64,000 nucleotides of DNA, from assembly GCA_031411295.1 (NCBI GenBank), contig JANOAV010000123.1:1-64000 (forward strand), in the 5' to 3' direction. The notes under the pieces were generated by a model. It saw nothing but the letters and a program-made list of their open reading frames with translations, had not been told where the DNA came from and did no database searches. Both the position numbers and the translations under genes were made by a program. Below, piece after piece: positions 58,864 to 64,000 of the stretch (positions within the stretch are counted from its first letter, which is position 1; each line of letters opens with the position of its first letter). The DNA comes from Verrucomicrobiales bacterium. GTDB taxonomy: Bacteria; Verrucomicrobiota; Verrucomicrobiia; Verrucomicrobiales; V1-33.

Positions 58864-60342
58864 ATGAAGTCAAGCAAACTGCTCTCCCTCGCAAGTATCT
58901 TAGGTCTCTGCTCCGCAGCCTCCGCCGGCACGGTAGCCGTCGGTAACGGCAAGAAGCCGGTCCTGTCCCCAGCAGTCGCCAGTCCCTGGGACGTCTCTCT
59001 AGCCTCAGGGCTTGGACTGACCAAAGGGAATTCCGACACCTTGGCGGTCGGGGCTCAATTCCTCGCAACTTACGTCACCCCAGCCAATGAATTCACCTTC
59101 GCGGCGGACTATGTCTATGGCGAGAGCGACTCCGTGGTGAACCAGAATCGACTCAGTCTGTTCTCTGGTATGAACTACAACCTAACCCCTGAGTTCTACC
59201 TCGGATTGGGAGCCAATTTCCGTTATGACGAAATCGCGGATCTCGATTATCGCTTCGGACTGGGCCCAGTGCTGGGGTATCGCCTGATTAATCAGGATGC
59301 GACCAAGCTGGCCGTGGAAGCGGGTCTGGGTTACGTCTTCGAAAAGCAGGGCGGCGTGAAGTCAGATTACGTGACCTTTAATGCCGCAGAGCGTTTCACC
59401 CACACGCTTTCCAGCGGTGCCAAGATCGGTCAAAGCGTCACCTTCAGCAGCGAGTTGGAAGATTTCGAAAACTTCCTCCTAACGGCTGACTTGTTCCTGG
59501 AAGTGCCATTCTCCGCCCACTGGGCCTTCCGCGCTTCGGTCGGGACCGCCTATGACAACACCCCAGCCGCTGGCACTGAAGAAAACAATCTCTTTGCGTT
59601 GGCTGGCCTCAGCTATAGCGCTCAGGGCTTTGCTCCTCCAGCTCCCGCTGCTCGTCCCACGCTCTTCCAAAAGCGCGCTGCTGCTGCTGCCGCCGCCACT
59701 GGTTGGCAGCAATCAGCCTCCGCTGGCTTCGCTCTGAGCAATGGCAACAGCGATACGCTGCTGGCCACCGCTTCCTACGATGCCGTGTATCGTGAGGCTG
59801 ATAACGAAATCCTGCTGGGCCTCGGTGGTGCCTACGGTGAAATTGACAGTGCCGTGACGCAGCAGAATGCCCGTGCGAACGCTCAATACAACAGGGTCTT
59901 CGGTGGCTCACTCTTCGGTGGGATCGCTGCCGGCATTACGCATGATAATGCTGCTGGAGTCGATTATCGGTTCACCCCGACAGCCGTGTTAGGAGCCTAT
60001 CTCGTCAAGACCGACACGGCCAAGGTGAGCGTGGAAGCCGGTCCAGCCTATGTTTTCGAAAAAACCGGGGACGGATCTGATTCTTATTTCGCGCTCTACT
60101 CAGCGCAGAAAGCCAGTCTGGTGCTGAGCGAGTCCGTTTCCATCGGTGAGAGTTTGACCTACATCCCGGACGTCAGTAAGTTCGACAGTTACATCCTCAC
60201 TGCCAACGTGTTTGTTGACTTCTACTTTGCCGACCATCTGGCCTTGCGTGCTGCCGTGACTAACACCTATGACAGCACCCCGGTTAAAGGTCAGGATAAA
60301 AGCGATCTGATGCTGTCCACTGGGATCGCGATTCAGTTCTAA
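58864..60342 (+). CDS. Outer-membrane beta-barrel with two tandem DUF481-like domains
   Basis: Signal peptide. Two homologous halves ('W..S.A.G.....GNSDTL', 'D....DYRF', 'VEAG..YVFEK', 'YD.TP..G'). C-terminal Phe. Confidence 0.85.
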   Translation: MKSSKLLSLASILGLCSAASAGTVAVGNGKKPVLSPAVASPWDVSLASGLGLTKGNSDTLAVGAQFLATYVTPANEFTFAADYVYGESDSVVNQNRLSLFSGMNYNLTPEFYLGLGANFRYDEIADLDYRFGLGPVLGYRLINQDATKLAVEAGLGYVFEKQGGVKSDYVTFNAAERFTHTLSSGAKIGQSVTFSSELEDFENFLLTADLFLEVPFSAHWAFRASVGTAYDNTPAAGTEENNLFALAGLSYSAQGFAPPAPAARPTLFQKRAAAAAAATGWQQSASAGFALSNGNSDTLLATASYDAVYREADNEILLGLGGAYGEIDSAVTQQNARANAQYNRVFGGSLFGGIAAGITHDNAAGVDYRFTPTAVLGAYLVKTDTAKVSVEAGPAYVFEKTGDGSDSYFALYSAQKASLVLSESVSIGESLTYIPDVSKFDSYILTANVFVDFYFADHLALRAAVTNTYDSTPVKGQDKSDLMLSTGIAIQF

Positions 60343-60375
60343 TCAAGCTGGGTAAAGCCTTTACCCTCCGCAATC

Positions 60376-60415
60376 GCAAAGCCCCCGGGAATTTCTTCCC
60401 GGGGGCTTTTGCTTT
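60376..60415. terminator. Bidirectional intrinsic terminator
   Basis: AAAGCCCCCGGGAA-TTTC-TTCCCGGGGGCTTT between convergent genes. Confidence 0.85.
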
Positions 60416-60453
60416 GAGTTACGATGGATCGAAGCTTACGGTCAGCGCCAACC

Positions 60454-60816
60454 TTAATCCAGCAGATGCTGGGTCTGGATCTGATTAACGAACCACATGG
60501 CGAAACTCACGAAGAGAGCCACCAGCAGCAGGGCAAACAAGGCTTGTTGCGTGCGGGCCTGTTGGATGCTGGCTTGGTGGACCCGTGGGAGTTGCTGCGG
60601 GCCTTTGTGGACCCGATACTCTTCCGGCGGAGGCAGGATGTTCCAATTCTTCAGGCGATTTTCCTGAAAGGTGGCGGGAAGCGCAACGATGCTGCATTCC
60701 AGCACGCTGAGTTCCCGTTTCACGCTTTCCCCCTCCTTATGGAGCGCTTTGAGGCGCTTTTCCATTTCGGCGGTTTGTTTGCGGCTAGCTTTGGTCGAGT
60801 TTTTACTATTGGCCAT
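60454..60816 (-). CDS. Hypothetical protein (coiled coil plus C-terminal TM)
   Basis: 120 aa, 'ILPPPE' motif, hydrophobic C-terminal helix. Confidence 0.7.
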   Translation of the reverse strand: MANSKNSTKASRKQTAEMEKRLKALHKEGESVKRELSVLECSIVALPATFQENRLKNWNILPPPEEYRVHKGPQQLPRVHQASIQQARTQQALFALLLVALFVSFAMWFVNQIQTQHLLD

Positions 60817-60840
60817 GACAAGGAAGAGTGAAATTGTTGG

Positions 60841-61569
60841 TTAGAAAATCAGTGCGAGCAGTCCCGCCAGCACTGCGAGGATGATCAGTGGTGCGCTGAA
60901 AGCCAAGCCACAGAAGGCCCACTGGCGGAAGGTGTTCCGATTCATGCCCATGGGCAGGAATGATGGTGCGGGTTGGTTGACTCCGTGGTTTGTAGCCGTG
61001 GGAGCGGCCGGAACGGGGACATGCGTGAACGCCTGGAGCCGGGTCATGCTGCGATCATACTCCAACTTGGCGTCTTCGATGATGGCCAGCGCGCGGCTGA
61101 GTTCGGTCTGTAAATTTTGGCGGCTCCAATCTTCGGGCGTCAGGCTGTGCACTGCGTCCATGTGCTCGGCAAAGGAATCCCGCATGAGGATCATTTGCTC
61201 TATCTTGCGGCGGTTGTCGGTGCTCTCGCGATCCAACAGTCCCACGGCACGGGAGAGGCGTTCCAGCATTTCCGCGCGACCTTGGATAAATCCTTGTTGC
61301 TTGCGGCGGAGTTCTTCGAGTGCGGATTTTTCACGCTCGATTTCGTCTGCTTCTTTGCGCAGACGGGAGAGGCGTTCTTGTGCCAGATGCACGCGTTGAT
61401 CCATGTTGTCATCCATCGGGTCAGAATAGAGGTCTTGAGCCGGTTCCAAGTCCTGCTGAGGATCGTAATCCATTTGCTCTGGGGCGAGGATGGGCGGTTC
61501 GCCCGTGAGGGTCACCAGATGTTGGTGGGTCGTCTTAGTGCGTTTGATATTTCCAGAATTGGTAGCCAT
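60841..61569 (-). CDS. Hypothetical coiled-coil protein with C-terminal TM anchor
   Basis: Long heptad-rich region; 'GLAFSAPLIILAVLAGLLALIF' at the end. Confidence 0.8.
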   Translation of the reverse strand: MATNSGNIKRTKTTHQHLVTLTGEPPILAPEQMDYDPQQDLEPAQDLYSDPMDDNMDQRVHLAQERLSRLRKEADEIEREKSALEELRRKQQGFIQGRAEMLERLSRAVGLLDRESTDNRRKIEQMILMRDSFAEHMDAVHSLTPEDWSRQNLQTELSRALAIIEDAKLEYDRSMTRLQAFTHVPVPAAPTATNHGVNQPAPSFLPMGMNRNTFRQWAFCGLAFSAPLIILAVLAGLLALIF

Positions 61570-61605
61570 GAGAAAAAGTGAAAAAGTATTACGGAGGTAT
61601 TAATA

Positions 61606-63381
61606 TTACAGTCCGCTCAACATTTCCAGTCTTTTTATACGTCGGAGGCTAAGAAAAATCGGTGTTAGCGTCGTAACTCCCGCTAAACCAACGAGTCCCG
61701 CGGTGCAAAAAATATTTAGACTATCCGAATAATTTTCAAAAGCCTCACCCATTCCCTTCATTTTTAAGCTAGTAGGGAAAATGAAACAGGCCAGAAAGAG
61801 TAAAATGAACAGGAAATTGAGAATTAAGCACAGTGTTCCTCCGAAGCCAGAGACAATTTTTGAAGGATTTGGCTCGTTGAAATTAGGAAATAGCACTCCC
61901 AATCCCAAGGAAAGCGAAGTCAGCCCCAAACTCACCAAGCAAATGGCAGCCATGAAGCGGAAAATGGTGGACCAAGGCAACAGCAAACTGGTTCCGCTTA
62001 GAAACATGAGGAATGAAGTGATCAGGGCGATCACGCCGGAAAAGAGCCCAAGTTTGATCCAAAAGACCCGGCTCAGCGGGAAGGGGGCGAGCCCGGAAAT
62101 CCAGAGTCGGCGGCCTTCCAGACTAAATAAGGGGTAAATGAATCGCGTGCACAGAGTGGACACCGCCAAGGCGGAGACGCCGAAATTCAGGAAACTGATC
62201 AGGGTGACCCAAAACGGATCATTAGGGTCCGCCGCAAAGTAGCGAATATTGAACGAGTAGAGAAACAGCAGGCCGAAGAGCACGGTCGAGGGAATCCACT
62301 GCGAGGGATCGCGACGGAACTCGCGCGCTTCCTTTTGCAGGAGGGCGGCATTGACGCGACTAACCCCCAGCCACCGCCACAGATTCCGGTGCGCGGTGAA
62401 TTTGAGGGCCACCTGCTCGTCTGGTGAACTGAGATGGGCGCGTCCCGATCTTTTCCAAGTGTTGGCTGCCTTGTTGGCCTGACTGGTGTTCCAGCATTTG
62501 AAGGTGGCCCGGCTGAAGCATTCCATGCAGAGCCAGAGGCCCAGGGCCACATAGCTCAGCATCAGGCCACTATAAAAGAGCCCTCGCGCTTCATATCCCC
62601 GCGCCCAGTGGAGGATCATTTCACTCATCCACGTGCTTGGCAGCAGCGGGTGGACGGTGATGGCGGTGTGCCCGAACACCTGCTCGATGGCCAATGAGGC
62701 ATTGGTCCCTGGATCCATTTCCACCGCCAAGTGTCGCGCCAGCATGAAGGAATCGATCCCCCGATAAACGACATAAAGGCCCAGGGCCCACAGCAACCAT
62801 TTTCCGAAGGGGCGCCACAGCCGCACCATCAGCACCACAATCCCGGCAGCGACGGTGGCTGGGAGGATGAAATACGGGACGAAGGCCAGGGCCGCCTTCA
62901 CATAGAACGCTGGCCCGGCACCCAGCACATGGCCAAACGCCAGCAACATGGGGGCGCTCAGGATGGCCAAGCCCCACGTGCTGACAATGAACGATTCCAC
63001 CACCTTCCAGCAAAAAATCGCCCGCTGATCCACTGGCAGCGTGAGCAGCCAGCCCGTCTCCTTGCCCCGGAAAAGTCCCGCATAGAGCAGGACGGCATTC
63101 GAGAACACCAGCATGATGAAAAAGAAAAAATACAGCATGTAGAGCACCCGCTCCACCAGCAGCAGGCCCACCCCGGGCAAGGCATAAAGATACCCCAACC
63201 CCTTGGAGAACAGCAGGTAGCCCACGATCAGATAGCACAGCAGAAAGAGCGTCAGTGTGGCCAGGAGCAACTTCGATTCCCGATAATTCCGTCGAGCCTT
63301 GGCCCGGAAGGCCCGGAAATTCGTCTTAATGAGGAGGAGCAGTTGATGGAACATTGATTGGCGCGGGGGGTGCTTCATCAT
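61606..63381 (-). CDS. Putative ABC-2-type exporter permease
   Basis: About 12 TM segments; 'WLLTLP', 'KE.R.F.RDP.QW', 'RFIYP.FSLEG'. Confidence 0.8.
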   Translation of the reverse strand: MMKHPPRQSMFHQLLLLIKTNFRAFRAKARRNYRESKLLLATLTLFLLCYLIVGYLLFSKGLGYLYALPGVGLLLVERVLYMLYFFFFIMLVFSNAVLLYAGLFRGKETGWLLTLPVDQRAIFCWKVVESFIVSTWGLAILSAPMLLAFGHVLGAGPAFYVKAALAFVPYFILPATVAAGIVVLMVRLWRPFGKWLLWALGLYVVYRGIDSFMLARHLAVEMDPGTNASLAIEQVFGHTAITVHPLLPSTWMSEMILHWARGYEARGLFYSGLMLSYVALGLWLCMECFSRATFKCWNTSQANKAANTWKRSGRAHLSSPDEQVALKFTAHRNLWRWLGVSRVNAALLQKEAREFRRDPSQWIPSTVLFGLLFLYSFNIRYFAADPNDPFWVTLISFLNFGVSALAVSTLCTRFIYPLFSLEGRRLWISGLAPFPLSRVFWIKLGLFSGVIALITSFLMFLSGTSLLLPWSTIFRFMAAICLVSLGLTSLSLGLGVLFPNFNEPNPSKIVSGFGGTLCLILNFLFILLFLACFIFPTSLKMKGMGEAFENYSDSLNIFCTAGLVGLAGVTTLTPIFLSLRRIKRLEMLSGL

Positions 63382-63504
63382 AATGCTAATCCGCCCGGCG
63401 GCAATCGGGGAAACATCAGGACTTATTTAAGATTTTCGTTTGTCTCGGTTCCGGGGCTGTGCTCCACTTAGTTTCTGTCACGATTTCGACCCTCATATTC
63501 CCCC

Positions 63505-63876
63505 ATGCTTCAGTCCTACCTCCCTGTCCTCATGCAAGCCGTTGCCGCCATCGGCTTGGCTTCCAGTATGCTGATCATGAGTCATCTGCTGGGGAAATCA
63601 GCCAAACGCAATGCGACCAAGGACTCGGCCTATGAGTGCGGGATGTTGCCGATTGGGGAAGCTCAGCCGCGGTTCAGCGTGAAATTTTATTTGGTGGCGA
63701 TGCTGTTTGTGCTCTTCGATATCGAGGTCGTCTTCATGTATCCCTGGGCGGTAGTTTACCGGAATCTGTTGGAGCACGGCACGGCCGTATTCTGGTCCAT
63801 GGCTGGATTCGCTGGTATTTTGGGAGTGGCTTACGTTTATGTCCTGAAGAAGGGTGCGCTCAAGTGGAACGACTAA
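63505..63876 (+). CDS. nuoA: NADH-quinone oxidoreductase subunit A
   Basis: 'K..AYECG', 'FSVKFYLVAMLFVLFDIE..F.YPWA', 'KKGAL.W'. Confidence 0.96.
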   Translation: MLQSYLPVLMQAVAAIGLASSMLIMSHLLGKSAKRNATKDSAYECGMLPIGEAQPRFSVKFYLVAMLFVLFDIEVVFMYPWAVVYRNLLEHGTAVFWSMAGFAGILGVAYVYVLKKGALKWND

Positions 63877-63885
63877 TTTACTAGC

Positions 63886-64000
63886 ATGGTCCACCACGTC
63901 GCGCTCTATAAACTTCGCCCCGAGGTGACCCCTGAGGTCATCGAGGAAATGATTCGGAAAACCCGCAGTCTCCTGCTGAAGATTCCGGAAGTGCTCAGCG
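63886..64000 (+). CDS. Dabb/stress-responsive A/B-barrel protein (5' part, truncated)
   Basis: MVHHVALYKLRPEVTPEVIEEM...LLLKIPEV, typical Dabb N-terminus. Confidence 0.7.
   Translation, partial: MVHHVALYKLRPEVTPEVIEEMIRKTRSLLLKIPEVLS

Overview
A GC-rich bacterial chromosomal segment, most likely Verrucomicrobiota. The evidence is a PTPDL-type protein, an L34 with a C-terminal extension, an 'FPxTRWSL' ECF sigma next to a Ser/Thr kinase, and large secreted proteins ending in a 'Y..W...DPDxDG..N..E.AF ... SxDLxNW ... RxKV' tail. Positions 1-20.2 kb are accessory: a truncated Kelch/cadherin-like/choice-of-anchor-Q surface protein missed by the ORF track, a sialidase, an IPT/OB-fold surface protein, an Rpn nuclease with a probable internal antitoxin start, an orphan MMPL transporter, a metzincin protease and a divergent Ser/Thr kinase-ECF sigma pair. 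Positions 20.5-64 kb are mostly housekeeping: menFDH, pdxH, hpt, ispA, asd, rpmB, truA, rpmH-rnpA-yidD-yidC, rpsN, nagA, pgk-tpiA and nuoA. Poorly characterised modules lie among them: VTC-DUF4956-HlyD, a long MurQ/GKRP-like SIS protein, a halogenase-like flavoprotein, a stand-alone PLD and a tandem double DUF481 barrel. Non-coding structure includes a 22/44-bp periodic G-rich repeat next to a gene remnant, a compound REP-like array and a dispersed 23-nt GTGG-hairpin element with compensatory base changes. No tRNA, rRNA or CRISPR array was recognised. All calls come from motif recognition by eye; no searches were run.
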